The position numbers and the translations under genes are program-made. 64,000 nt of DNA from Trueperaceae bacterium (GTDB taxonomy: Bacteria > Deinococcota > Deinococci > Deinococcales > Trueperaceae), in assembly GCA_965213925.1 (NCBI GenBank), contig OZ243927.1, positions 992,001 through 1,056,000 on the forward strand, given 5' to 3'. Positions 10,017 to 19,819 of the stretch are shown here, one piece after another (position 1 is the first letter of the stretch; every line of letters starts with the position of its first letter). The notes beneath the pieces were generated by a model. It had not been told where the DNA came from. It was given only the letters and a program-made list of their open reading frames with translations, and did not search any database.

Positions 10017-10661
10017 ATGTCGTTTGAAAGGGTGAGAGAGAGGATTGGGGCGGCCTGCGAACGCGCCGGACGCGACCCGCAAGAGGTCAAACTCGTCGCC
10101 GTGACGAAAGGACGTAGCCTCCAAGAGATCGAGGACGCGGTGCTCAGACACGGTCACGTCATTCTAGGCGAGAACCGCGTCCAGGAGTGGCAGGATAAGG
10201 TCGAAGCGCTGCCAGACGCTGAGTGGCACTTCATCGGCAACTTGCAGCGCAACAAGGTCAAGTACTGTTTCCCCTTTCACACCATTCACTCGCTCAACTC
10301 GGTGCGGCTCGCCGATGAGATGGAAAAGCGAGGCTCGAAGGAGGGACACACTTTTCGGGTCATGGTCGAGGTTAACGTGGCGGGGGAAAGCTCGAAAGAG
10401 GGCGCAGAACTTGCCGACGCCGAAGCGTTGGTCAAACACGCGCAGGACCTAGACCACGTCGACGTCGCCGGGCTCATGACGATCGCGCCCTACTCGGACG
10501 ACCCCGAAGACGCGCGACCCTATTTCCGCAGACTCCGCGAGTTGAACGGCAAGTTAGGTCTAAAAGAGCTTTCGATGGGCATGAGCGGTGACTTCGAAGT
10601 CGCCATCGAAGAGGGCGCGACGTGTGTGCGCATCGGCTCGGCGCTCTTTGAGGAGGATTGA
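10017..10661 (+). CDS. yggS: YggS-family PLP homeostasis protein
   Basis: LVAVTK, GENRVQE, WHFIGNLQRNK and LSMGMSGDFEVAIEEGAT motifs. Confidence 0.95.
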   Translation: MSFERVRERIGAACERAGRDPQEVKLVAVTKGRSLQEIEDAVLRHGHVILGENRVQEWQDKVEALPDAEWHFIGNLQRNKVKYCFPFHTIHSLNSVRLADEMEKRGSKEGHTFRVMVEVNVAGESSKEGAELADAEALVKHAQDLDHVDVAGLMTIAPYSDDPEDARPYFRRLRELNGKLGLKELSMGMSGDFEVAIEEGATCVRIGSALFEED

Positions 10662-10751
10662 TGCGGATTTCGTATTGCATGTCGCCGCAGACGCCAAGGA
10701 CCATGAACGGTTGCCTCAAAATAGCGAGGTGTTGGGCTACGCTGCTACCTA

Positions 10752-11115
10752 CTACTCTGTCAACTAAAAAACGAGTCATGTCATTCTGAACTAGGTTAGA
10801 GCACCGTTCGTCCAGCTTGACTGGAAAGCTCAGTAGGCATAGGTCAGAGCGAAGCTCAAAGGCTTTCAGCCTTCACCTGCTTAGCCTTGACCTGTGGAGC
10901 GATAGCCCTACGGTAAACCATAGGATAGACTCCGTGAAAGAATCTCTGACCTTGCTGACTCCTCTTGTAGAGATTGAAAGTTACAGAGTTTTGGCGGTAG
11001 CCAATTACGGAGTTTTAGCGCAGCTAAACGAGACCCCTCGACTGCGCGGAGTCTATCCTGTCAAGGGCTCCGCTCGGGGTGACAACAGTGTTGTAAATCT
11101 TTCCTAACAGTGTAC
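10752..11115 (-). repeat. 364-bp composite MITE (same family, reverse orientation, nested inserts)
   Basis: Ends GTACACTGTTAG (minus strand, identical to the IS630 left end) and TTGACAGAGTAG; shares AGAGGAGTCAGCAAGGTCAGAGATTCTTTCAC with 4593-4624. Confidence 0.75.
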
Positions 11116-12366
11116 TGAGCCGCAAAGCTGCTTGTAGATGGCGAGGTGTGAGCGCGTCACCGCCTCCCAGGTAAAACGCTGCGCGAACGCTCGCCCCGCT
11201 TCGGCTGTATAGGACCCTGAGTCTGAACCGACCAGATGTTGCAACAGAGCCCCCGCGAGCGCCCTTTCGTCCTTGGGTGGCGTGAGGGTGAGGAGCCGCT
11301 CTAGGGCTGGCTCGACCGCTCGAGGGCGCGTACCGACAACGGGTAGACCGTGCGCTAATAGCGTCAAGAGTGAGCCGCTTTTCAGCGTAACGCCCTGATT
11401 GAAGGGGAGCACGCCTAAGTCTGCGCCCCGGAGGTAGCTCGAGGCGACCTCATCCGCCACGTAACCCGTCATCGCCACCTTACCGCTAAGCCCTAGCGTT
11501 TCGGTAAGACGCTCTAAAGACACCCAGTAGTTCGCAGCTTCCTCGCCGCGCAGCGCCAAGCTTTCCGCTCCACCGATGAGGAGCAAGCGGGCGTCAGGTT
11601 GCGCCTTTAGAACCGACTGAAACGCGCCTAGGAGCGTTTCTAACCCTTTGACCGGATGCAGAAAGCCGAAAAAGGCGACTACGCGCGTTCCTCCAGACCA
11701 ACCGAAGCGGCTGCGTAGAGAAGCCCTAGCCGTATCCCGCTCTCCCTCCTCAACCGCAATGTTGATCCCTATCGGCACGCGCGTTATCCTCTGCGCGAAA
11801 CCCGGCAGACGCGCTAGAAGCGCCCCTTCCGCCTCGGCGTTCGTCGTGATGATGTGGTCGCTGCCCGCGAGCAAGAAGCCGTCCTCCTCGTCCCACCAGC
11901 CCCGCCGCTGACCCCAGCGGGCGAGCGCGTGTGCGCCCTCGTTCAACACGGGCAGCGACCACTCCCACCAGCCGTACTCGTGTGCCGTGGTGACGATTCG
12001 ACCCCTGTACCCTAAGCGCCGCAAAAGCGGGGGCAGGGAGAAAACCGCGCGCTCAAACCCGTACGTGCCGCCCGCGTGTTGGATGTGAAGCAGGTCCGGA
12101 GCGTCGCGGTGAATCGCCCGCGCCAGCGGGAGCAAGCTCCGGTAGGTCCAACCATCCGTGACGCCCTTGACGCCGTCTGCTTGCCCATTTATATTTATTT
12201 GCGCAGCGCTCGCTCTATCTGTATAGAGGTCCACGCGGACGCCTGAACGCTTCAACTCCTCTCTAAGTCGCGCGGTATAATGTGCAACGCCGCACCGCGC
12301 GGGCTGATAGGAGCCCGCGAGCATTCCCACTCGGACATTTTCAAGGGGCCTTCCTCCGCCGTACAT
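11104..12366 (-). CDS. glycosyltransferase family 4
   Basis: CGVAHYT, FFGFLHPVKG, SGSLLTLLAHGLPVV and FTWE motifs. Confidence 0.88.
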   Translation of the reverse strand: MYGGGRPLENVRVGMLAGSYQPARCGVAHYTARLREELKRSGVRVDLYTDRASAAQININGQADGVKGVTDGWTYRSLLPLARAIHRDAPDLLHIQHAGGTYGFERAVFSLPPLLRRLGYRGRIVTTAHEYGWWEWSLPVLNEGAHALARWGQRRGWWDEEDGFLLAGSDHIITTNAEAEGALLARLPGFAQRITRVPIGINIAVEEGERDTARASLRSRFGWSGGTRVVAFFGFLHPVKGLETLLGAFQSVLKAQPDARLLLIGGAESLALRGEEAANYWVSLERLTETLGLSGKVAMTGYVADEVASSYLRGADLGVLPFNQGVTLKSGSLLTLLAHGLPVVGTRPRAVEPALERLLTLTPPKDERALAGALLQHLVGSDSGSYTAEAGRAFAQRFTWEAVTRSHLAIYKQLCGSVHC

Positions 12367-13512
12367 CTACGCTCGCCCCGCAGGTTTAGCGCTGTAGCCC
12401 GCCCGGTCATCTGCAGGGTCATCCGCGCAGCCTAATAGGTCCACAGCTTCAGCGAGCACTTCAGCCACGCTCACGTCCGCGAGGACGCTCGCGCCGTGCG
12501 TGCAGGGCGGCTCGGTCACGGCGTCCACATCGCACTCGGCGCAGCGGCTCCGCCAAGAGACCACCGCGCGGTTGCGCGCGCGAAAGAGCGGCGCGACGTC
12601 GACTAAGTTCGACTTGGTGAAGACGCCGACCGTCTTTGTGCCGACGGCTTCGGCGAGGTGGCGCGGGCCGGAGTCGTTGCCGACGAAGAGGTCAGCACGT
12701 TTCAAAACGCCGACTAAGCCGAACAGGGAGAGACCCGTGGAGAGGTCGAGGAGCGGTTTTTGCGCAGCACGCCTAATGCCTTCGACGAGCGGCGCGTCCA
12801 CCTTACCTCCGATGAGCACAGGCTGAAAGCCCTCTGCTTGGAGCGCGTCCGCGAGCCCCGCGAAGTGCGCAGGCGGCCAGCGGCGGCGCGGGTCGGTTGC
12901 GCCGGGGTGGAGAGCGACGAGCGGGCGCTCGGCGTCATGTCCCGCTCTAAAGAGGTGCGCGTCAGCCTCCGCTAAGTCCTGCGGCGTGACCTCCAACTGC
13001 GGATAAAGGCGCACGGGCGGTGCCCCTACCGCCGCCATGACCTCTAACCAGCGCAGCACATCGTGCTGATAGAAGGTATAGGGCACGTTGATGTCCAAAG
13101 GCGGCGCGTCCTTCGCCCTTGCGCCCGCACTGACTCGCGCGCCTAAACGCGCCGTGAAGGGGTTCGAATTGCCGCCGCCGCCGTGAAGCTGAATAGCGAG
13201 GTCGAAGCGGCGGCGCATCGCCTCGAAGAAGGCGTCCACGACTTCGGGTGCGTCATCCGGGGGCGCGTCTGGACCGCTCGCGTAGCGCACGCCCGCTACA
13301 AGCGGGGCGACGACGACCTCGTCCACCGGAAAAGGTCTGTCTTTCAAGAGCGCCCCGCTGTGCGCCGCGCCGACGAGCGTGATGTGCGCGGCCGGGTAGG
13401 CGCGGCGCAGGGCGAACAGGGCGGGTTCGGAAACGATGAGGTCGCCCAGACCGTTCGCACGCACTACGGCGATGCGCTTGACGTTCTTGAGAAGAGGTCC
13501 GACATGAAGCAT
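12367..13512 (-). CDS. glycosyltransferase family 9 (heptosyltransferase-like)
   Basis: RANGLGDL, LHPGA..RRW and GNDSGPRHLAEAVG motifs. Confidence 0.9.
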   Translation of the reverse strand: MLHVGPLLKNVKRIAVVRANGLGDLIVSEPALFALRRAYPAAHITLVGAAHSGALLKDRPFPVDEVVVAPLVAGVRYASGPDAPPDDAPEVVDAFFEAMRRRFDLAIQLHGGGGNSNPFTARLGARVSAGARAKDAPPLDINVPYTFYQHDVLRWLEVMAAVGAPPVRLYPQLEVTPQDLAEADAHLFRAGHDAERPLVALHPGATDPRRRWPPAHFAGLADALQAEGFQPVLIGGKVDAPLVEGIRRAAQKPLLDLSTGLSLFGLVGVLKRADLFVGNDSGPRHLAEAVGTKTVGVFTKSNLVDVAPLFRARNRAVVSWRSRCAECDVDAVTEPPCTHGASVLADVSVAEVLAEAVDLLGCADDPADDRAGYSAKPAGRA

Positions 13513-13652
13513 ACGTTCACTCTATCCAGGGACGCACTTCGTGTTGTGTGGGCTAGGTGTCGGTTTCGTATTCTCATCGTATTTCCTTCGTGGAGGACGC
13601 GGTAGAGTCTGCCCTATGAATTTTGTCCGGTTTCTCCTCTCTCAAAAACGCG

Positions 13653-14306
13653 ATGCGCCCCTCTAAACGCGCCGACGCGCTTATCTTCGACATGGACGGC
13701 GTGTTGGTCGACACGACGCCGCACCACGACCGCTCGTGGCAGCTTCTAGCCGAACAGGAGGGGGTCAAGCTCGAGCTGTCCCTCTTGGCGTCGCTACGCA
13801 GCTTAGGGCGGCGCGACTCGCTTCTAACCCTACTCAACGGTCGAACGCTGCCTGAAGCGGACATGCAACACCTCTTAGCGGAGAAGAACCGGCTCTACTT
13901 ACAGCTCATCAAAGATTTCGGTCCTGAGAACCTGATGCCGGGCGTGCGCCGTATTTTAGAGGAGGCGCGCATACAGGGCGTTCCACTCGGGCTCGCCTCG
14001 AGCAGCCGCAACGCCCGCTTCATCTGCGAACGCCTCAGTATCAAACCTTTCTTTCGCGCCTTCGCCGACGGCACCGACGTCGTGCGCGGCAAGCCCGCGC
14101 CCGAGCTGTACGAGCGCGTGGTGCGCGAGTTGGGCGTCCCTGCTGAGCGCTGTTTAGTCGTCGAGGACGGTGCGGCGGGCGTCAGGGCGGCGCACCGTGC
14201 AGGCTGCCGCGTGGTCGGTGTGGGCTCACCAGAACGCCTAAAAGAGGCTGACGCCGCGCTAACGGATTTGAGCGGCACCTCTCTAGGAACACTTTTAGCG
14301 CTGTAA
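13653..14306 (+). CDS. HAD-family phosphatase / beta-phosphoglucomutase-like
   Basis: IFDMDGVLVDT, KPAPE and VEDGAAG motifs; start uncertain (13623 or 13653). Confidence 0.85.
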   Translation: MRPSKRADALIFDMDGVLVDTTPHHDRSWQLLAEQEGVKLELSLLASLRSLGRRDSLLTLLNGRTLPEADMQHLLAEKNRLYLQLIKDFGPENLMPGVRRILEEARIQGVPLGLASSSRNARFICERLSIKPFFRAFADGTDVVRGKPAPELYERVVRELGVPAERCLVVEDGAAGVRAAHRAGCRVVGVGSPERLKEADAALTDLSGTSLGTLLAL

Positions 14307-14485
14307 GCTCGAATTTCCGCTCATACTACTCGAGTCCGCAGCGCACGTCCAGAAGGCACCTGCGCCCCCTTGTGTTTAGTCCGAAAAAGAGTGCTTTCAC
14401 CTCATTTATACTGCTACTCCTAGTACATTTGCCCTGTTCTCTCAGGAGTAGCATAAGGTCACTAAGTGCTTGTGGGGAGGGTGAC

Positions 14486-15673
14486 GTGACCAGGGAACAG
14501 GTTATAGAGGTGGCGACGAGGGTGAGCCGGCGGGCAGCGGACCTCCTAGATGAACGTGTTTTCGTCGTGGACCAGAGCGAGCGGGTGGTGGCGGCGAGCG
14601 AGCCAGGTTTCGTGGGCAAGGTGTTAGGAGACGCAGCCTCGCGCCCCTCCCAGCCGCTGCGCTTCAGCGCTTGGGAAGGGCGCGTGATCGTAGGCGCGCC
14701 TGCAACGTCAAGCCGTGAGCACGCCGCGCCTCCCCCTCGGCTCGTGCGCGGGGTGCTCGAGCTGATCATCAGCCAGATGACGCTCGAGGGCTTGCGCGGT
14801 CGCGACCTCCAGAACACGCTCGTGCACGACCTCTTGCGCGGGCACGTCTCGGACGAGGAGAGCATAAACCGCCAAGCGCGCATCCTGGGCATGGACCTCT
14901 CGCCGCCCCGCGCCGTTCTCCTTATCGGCGCAGAGGCGTATCTAGGCGCAAACGACGCGAGTAGGGCGAACGACATCATCGGCAGCGTCGTGCGCTTTTT
15001 CCACCTGCCGAACGACACCATCTGCGCTTACATCGGCGCGGGCGAGGTGGCGGTCCTCAAAGCGAGCGACGCGAAGAACCTGACGCCTTGGGCGCAGGTG
15101 GATGAAAAGGGCGACAAGGCGTCGGCCTGGGCTGACTTGGGCGCGCTCAAGCGGGCGGCGGCGGCGCTTATGGAGCGCTTGGCGGCAGATACGGGCGCGC
15201 GAGTGAGCGTCGGTATCGGGCGCTACCACCGGGGTCTCGCTGGGCTCGCGCACTCCTACGCGGATGCGAAAGCGGCGCTTTCTCTCGGTCGCCGCTTGGG
15301 TCAGAAGGGCGGCGTGCATTGCCTCGACTCGGTGGGCATTGCCGCCTTTATCGGCGTGGCGGACGAACGCACCAAAGCCGACCTCGCGACCTTTCTGCTG
15401 AGCCCTTTAGACGACGAGCCCGAGTTGCTGCGCACGCTGGCATGTTTGTTCGAACACGACTGTCAGCCGTCAGCGACTGCTAAAGTGCTGGGCGTCCACC
15501 GCAACACACTCAGCTACCGTTTAGAAAAGATCGCCTCGCTGACCGGCATGGACCCGAGGCGCTTCGACGACGCCGTGCAGATTCGCTTGGCGCTCGTCAT
15601 GAGGCAACTGCACAAAGGCGCGGAACAACGTTCGTCAAAAAAGACACGCCGTATCCGCGCCCTGCCGTGCTAG
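14486..15673 (+). CDS. CdaR/PucR-family transcriptional regulator
   Basis: GGDEF-like central region, C-terminal HTH (TAKVLGVHRNTLSYRLEKI); GTG after GGGGAGG. Confidence 0.85.
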   Translation: MTREQVIEVATRVSRRAADLLDERVFVVDQSERVVAASEPGFVGKVLGDAASRPSQPLRFSAWEGRVIVGAPATSSREHAAPPPRLVRGVLELIISQMTLEGLRGRDLQNTLVHDLLRGHVSDEESINRQARILGMDLSPPRAVLLIGAEAYLGANDASRANDIIGSVVRFFHLPNDTICAYIGAGEVAVLKASDAKNLTPWAQVDEKGDKASAWADLGALKRAAAALMERLAADTGARVSVGIGRYHRGLAGLAHSYADAKAALSLGRRLGQKGGVHCLDSVGIAAFIGVADERTKADLATFLLSPLDDEPELLRTLACLFEHDCQPSATAKVLGVHRNTLSYRLEKIASLTGMDPRRFDDAVQIRLALVMRQLHKGAEQRSSKKTRRIRALPC

Positions 15674-15835
15674 GTAGCGGCGCGTGTCACGCTACCAACG
15701 CTCGATAAGACGTACACACAACCTAGATGGAGTTGCCCTCGTCTTCGCGCATCCGTCCCCGACTGTAAGCCAGTCACCCTAGATTTTTAGGCGTCCGCCC
15801 AATGAAATGGGTTGTGAAGTTTCTTACACTGCTCT

Positions 15836-16894
15836 GTGCTCGGCGCTTCTCAAACCCACGCTTTTAAGCGAGGTAACGTGCGCCGCCTCGCCGTGCTCCG
15901 CGCTCTACCCGGTCTCGGCGATTTTTTATGCGCGACGCCCGCGCTCCGCGTACTGAGGATGGGTTTACCGGAGGCACACATCACATTGATCGGGCTCCCT
16001 TGGGTGGATTCTCTGACGTCGCGCTACGGGTTGTGGGACGCTTTCTTGCCCTTTCCGGGTGCGCTGGGCTTACCGGAAGTTCCTCCCGACGCGGCGCGTT
16101 TAGATGCCTTTATGGACGCGCAGCGGGGGCGTTTCGACCTCGTCATTCAACTTCATGGGAGCGGACCTCAGAGCAACGTGTTCGCGCTCGAGCTTGACGC
16201 CCCGCTTACTGCAGGTTTCTACTCGGCGGGGGAGGTGCAGCCCGGTCCGCTATTCCTACCTTGGGACGAGCGCGAGAACGAGGTGACGCGCTGGTTGAGG
16301 TTGCTGTTACACGTGGGTATCACAGCGGAAGATGCGGAGTTGAGTTTTCCCGTCACGTCCGAAGATAAGACGAAAGCTGAGCGTTTGAAGCTCGAGCGCG
16401 CTCTAAGTACGCCCTACCTCATCCTCCACCCCGGCGCAGCGAGCGAAGCGAAGCGGTGGTCGGTGAGGCGGTTCGCGGAGGTTGGACGTTCAGCGCAGAG
16501 GTTGGGGCTTCAAATCGTCATCACAGGTAGTTCGGGGGAAGCCGACCTCGCGCAGCATTTGCAGCGTCTCCTTCCGGACGCCGTCAACCTCGCCGGAAGA
16601 ACTGATTTAGGCACGCTCGCCGCGTTGCTTCAAAACGCCCGGCTGCTCGTCTGTAACGACACGGGCGTCTCGCACCTCGCGGCGGCGACAAAGACGCCCA
16701 GCGTCGTCCTCTTCTCTGAGACCGACCCGGCGCGCTGGGCCCCACTAGACACATCGCGTCACATCGCGATTGACGCAAACCAAAACGCACCGACCGAGAC
16801 CGTTTTAGCTGCGGTGCATTCGCTTCTAGGGGGGAGTTATGAACATTCTGACCTGGCACGTCCACGGGGCGTACCTCTACTACCTCACTCGTAA
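15836..16894 (+). CDS. glycosyltransferase family 9
   Basis: GLGDFL, LHPGA..KRW and CNDTGVSHLAAA motifs. Confidence 0.88.
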   Translation: MLGASQTHAFKRGNVRRLAVLRALPGLGDFLCATPALRVLRMGLPEAHITLIGLPWVDSLTSRYGLWDAFLPFPGALGLPEVPPDAARLDAFMDAQRGRFDLVIQLHGSGPQSNVFALELDAPLTAGFYSAGEVQPGPLFLPWDERENEVTRWLRLLLHVGITAEDAELSFPVTSEDKTKAERLKLERALSTPYLILHPGAASEAKRWSVRRFAEVGRSAQRLGLQIVITGSSGEADLAQHLQRLLPDAVNLAGRTDLGTLAALLQNARLLVCNDTGVSHLAAATKTPSVVLFSETDPARWAPLDTSRHIAIDANQNAPTETVLAAVHSLLGGSYEHSDLARPRGVPLLPHS

Positions 16895-17828
16895 CACGCG
16901 CCACCGCTACTACCTGCCCGTCAAGGAGGGCGTGCCGCCGGGTTACGGTGGGCGGCTCGGCGGTGAGCGTTGGGGCGAGCACGTTGTAGATGTGCGGGCG
17001 GAAGAGGTCAAAAACTTGGACCTCGACCTCGTGATGTATCAGTCCGCAAAAAACTGGACCGAGGACCAATACAACGACCTGAGTTCCGCACAGCGCCAAC
17101 TGCCCCGCATCTTTTTGGAGCACGACCCACCGCAGGAGAGTCCGACGAATACGCCGCATCCCGTAAACGACCCTCACGTGCTGCTCGCGCACGTCACGCC
17201 CTTCAACGACCTCATGTGGGACGCGCGGCGCACGCCCACATGCGTCGTCGAGCACGGCGTCAGCGTGCCGGAAGGTGCGCGCTACACAGGCGAGAAGGCG
17301 CGCGGGCTCGTCGTCATCAACGGATTGGGCTCGAGAGGTCGCCGCTTAGGATTAGACGTCTTTGGAGAGGTCCGCAAGCACATCCCCTTAGACCTCGTAG
17401 GCTACGGCTCGGAAGCGGTGGGCGGTCTGGGCGAGGTGCCGCATGGCGAGCTGCCCTATTTCGCCGCTCGCTACCGCTTCCTCTTCAACCCCATCCGCTA
17501 CACCTCTTTAGGGCTCGCCGTCTGCGAAGCGATGCGCGTCGGGCTGCCGGTGGTTGGGCTAGCGACGACGGAGATGGCGACCGTGGTTCAGAACGGCGTG
17601 TCGGGCTACGTGGACACGGACGTGCGCAAGCTCATTGCGGTGATGAAGCGGTTGCTCGAGCACCCGGAGGAAGCCGCGCAACTTGGGGCGGGGGCGAAAG
17701 AGGTGGCGGAAAAACGCTTCGGCATGGAGAGGTTCGCACGCGACTGGGAGGCGGCATATGAAGAGGCTGTTCAACTCGCTACGGACGTCGAAAGCGAGTC
17801 AAGAGGTTATGAGGAGGTGAGCGTTTGA
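16839..17828 (+). CDS. glycosyltransferase family 4
   Basis: MNILTWHVHG start; SLGLAVCEAM.GLPVV motif. Confidence 0.85.
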   Translation: MNILTWHVHGAYLYYLTRNTRHRYYLPVKEGVPPGYGGRLGGERWGEHVVDVRAEEVKNLDLDLVMYQSAKNWTEDQYNDLSSAQRQLPRIFLEHDPPQESPTNTPHPVNDPHVLLAHVTPFNDLMWDARRTPTCVVEHGVSVPEGARYTGEKARGLVVINGLGSRGRRLGLDVFGEVRKHIPLDLVGYGSEAVGGLGEVPHGELPYFAARYRFLFNPIRYTSLGLAVCEAMRVGLPVVGLATTEMATVVQNGVSGYVDTDVRKLIAVMKRLLEHPEEAAQLGAGAKEVAEKRFGMERFARDWEAAYEEAVQLATDVESESRGYEEVSV

Positions 17829-19741
17829 AAGGCGAACGCACATCACTCAAAGTCGCCCTGATTTCAGACCACGCCTCACCCCTCGCGACGTTAGGCGGTG
17901 TGGACGCGGGCGGGCAGAACGTTTACGTCGCGCAACTCGCCAAACGACTCGCGGCGGCGGGGGTGCAAGTAGACGTCTTCACCCGCCGCACCTGCACGTC
18001 GCAAGCGGAAATCGTACCTTATGAGGGCGCGCGCGTCGTCCACGTTCCCGCCGGACCGCCCTGTCATGTGCCTAAAGAGCAGTTGCTACCCTATATGGAT
18101 ACGTTTACGGATTGGGTAGATGCGTTTGCGGCAAGGGAAGGCACATACAACCTCTTCCACGCCAACTTCTTCTTATCAGGACTTGTCGCCGCTGACCTCA
18201 AGGTGCGTACCGGCACGCCCTTCGTCGTCACCTTTCACGCGCTCGGCAAAGTGCGGCGGCTCCACCAGGGCGCGGCGGACGCCTTCCCCGACGAACGTAT
18301 GAGCATCGAAGCGCGGCTTGTGCGCGAAGCGGACGCCCTCATCGCCGAATGCCCACAGGATGTGGACGATCTGACGAACCTTTACGGCGCGGACACTTCG
18401 CAAGTTCACCTCATCCCCTGCGGCTTCGACCCTGCCGAGTTTGAACCGTTGGCTAAGGAGGAAGCGAGAGCGCGGCTCGAGCTGCCCGCCTTGCCTCAAG
18501 ACGCCCCACTCCTCCTCCAACTCGGGCGGATGGTCCCGCGCAAGGGCGTCGAGACCGTGGTGCGGGCGCTCGCTCAGGTTGAGAAAGCGCACTTGCTCGT
18601 CGTAGGCGGCGAGTCAGTGGAGCCCGACCCTATAAAAACGCCCGAAATCGGACGATTACAAGAGGTAGCAAAAGAGGTCGGCGTCGCGGCGCGCGTGCAC
18701 TTCTTGGGTCAGAAACCGAGGGGCGACCTCAAAGACCTCTACGCCGCCGCCGATGTGTTCGTCACCACACCTTGGTACGAGCCTTTTGGCATCACCCCTC
18801 TGGAGGCGATGGCGTGCGCCCGCCCAGTGGTGGGCTCGAACGTCGGCGGCGTGAAGTACAGCGTCGTGGACGGTGAAACAGGACTGCTGGTGCCACCGAA
18901 AGACCCGGACGCCCTTGCTCAAGCACTCAACCTCTTGCTCACGAATCCAAAACGCGCCGAGGCGATGGGGTGTCGCGGGCGGGCGCGGGTACTACGTGAC
19001 TTTACATGGGAGCAGGTGGCGGAAACGATGCGGCGCGTGTATGAAGAGGTGGCATTGCTACCGGAGCCTCAGCTCGAGCCTTACCCCTTCCAAACTTACG
19101 ATTTAGAGCCAACCGTCTCTGACACTATCGACCAGAACTTCACAGATGCGGTGCGGGCGCTCGAGCGCTCCCGCGACACCTTACGCGCCCCCATTGCACA
19201 AGCCGCCCGCCTCCTCACCGACTGCTTTCGGAGCGGCAACAAGCTCTTAGTTTGCGGCAACGGCGGCTCGGCGGCAGACGCGCAGCACCTAGCCGCCGAA
19301 CTCGTCGGACGCTTTCTCGTGCACGCTAGACCCGGCTTGCCCGTCATCGCCCTCAACACGGACACCTCTGTTCTGACCGCTTGGGCGAACGACGTAGGTT
19401 TCGCGGACGTGTTCGCGCGGCAGGTGCAAGCACTTGGAAGTCCGGGCGACGCGCTCCTCGTCATCAGCACGAGCGGCACGTCGGAGAACCTCGTCCGGGC
19501 TCTGCGCGAGGCGAAGGCGAAGGGGATGACCACCTTGGCGCTACTCGGCAGAGACGGGGGCGTGGCGGCGCGGCTCGCGGACGTGTCCCTCGTCGTGCCC
19601 GAGCACCACACGCCGCGCATCCAAGAGGTGCACACGCTGGTGCTGCACCTGCTTTGCGAACTCGTGGAGAACGAGTTCATACCCGTTCGGCTCACCGGGC
19701 GAGAGGTGAGTTTAGGACCTATCCCCGTCACCAACGACTAG
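17825..19741 (+). CDS. MshA-like GT4 glycosyltransferase fused to D-sedoheptulose-7-phosphate isomerase (GmhA, SIS domain)
   Basis: N-terminal HASPL..GGQNVYV and EPFGITPLEAMA; C-terminal CGNGGSAADAQH, STSG.S.N and RIQEVH. Confidence 0.88.
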   Translation: MKGERTSLKVALISDHASPLATLGGVDAGGQNVYVAQLAKRLAAAGVQVDVFTRRTCTSQAEIVPYEGARVVHVPAGPPCHVPKEQLLPYMDTFTDWVDAFAAREGTYNLFHANFFLSGLVAADLKVRTGTPFVVTFHALGKVRRLHQGAADAFPDERMSIEARLVREADALIAECPQDVDDLTNLYGADTSQVHLIPCGFDPAEFEPLAKEEARARLELPALPQDAPLLLQLGRMVPRKGVETVVRALAQVEKAHLLVVGGESVEPDPIKTPEIGRLQEVAKEVGVAARVHFLGQKPRGDLKDLYAAADVFVTTPWYEPFGITPLEAMACARPVVGSNVGGVKYSVVDGETGLLVPPKDPDALAQALNLLLTNPKRAEAMGCRGRARVLRDFTWEQVAETMRRVYEEVALLPEPQLEPYPFQTYDLEPTVSDTIDQNFTDAVRALERSRDTLRAPIAQAARLLTDCFRSGNKLLVCGNGGSAADAQHLAAELVGRFLVHARPGLPVIALNTDTSVLTAWANDVGFADVFARQVQALGSPGDALLVISTSGTSENLVRALREAKAKGMTTLALLGRDGGVAARLADVSLVVPEHHTPRIQEVHTLVLHLLCELVENEFIPVRLTGREVSLGPIPVTND

Positions 19742-19819
19742 ATAAGAAGTGGGAAGTAAGAAGCAAGAAGTAGGAATAGCGAACGGGTTTCAAACACACA
19801 GCAGGACGAGGAGAACGAT

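Noticed and set aside
11074..11084. 11-bp match TCGGGGTGACA to the tRNA-Pro 3' end (26773-26783), suggesting att sites around the heptose cluster
   Set aside because: The match is part of the MITE palindrome, with a similar sequence near 4715; it is short and no integrase is present
13603..13666. -10 box followed by ATG at 13616 as the start of the HAD gene
   Set aside because: Out of frame with the HAD ORF and gives only 16 codons; a uORF cannot be told from chance
16970..17761. Long alternative-frame and antisense ORFs over real genes (for example 16970-17761, 19096-19734, 52794-53402)
   Set aside because: Shadow ORFs typical of high-GC DNA, with no family motifs
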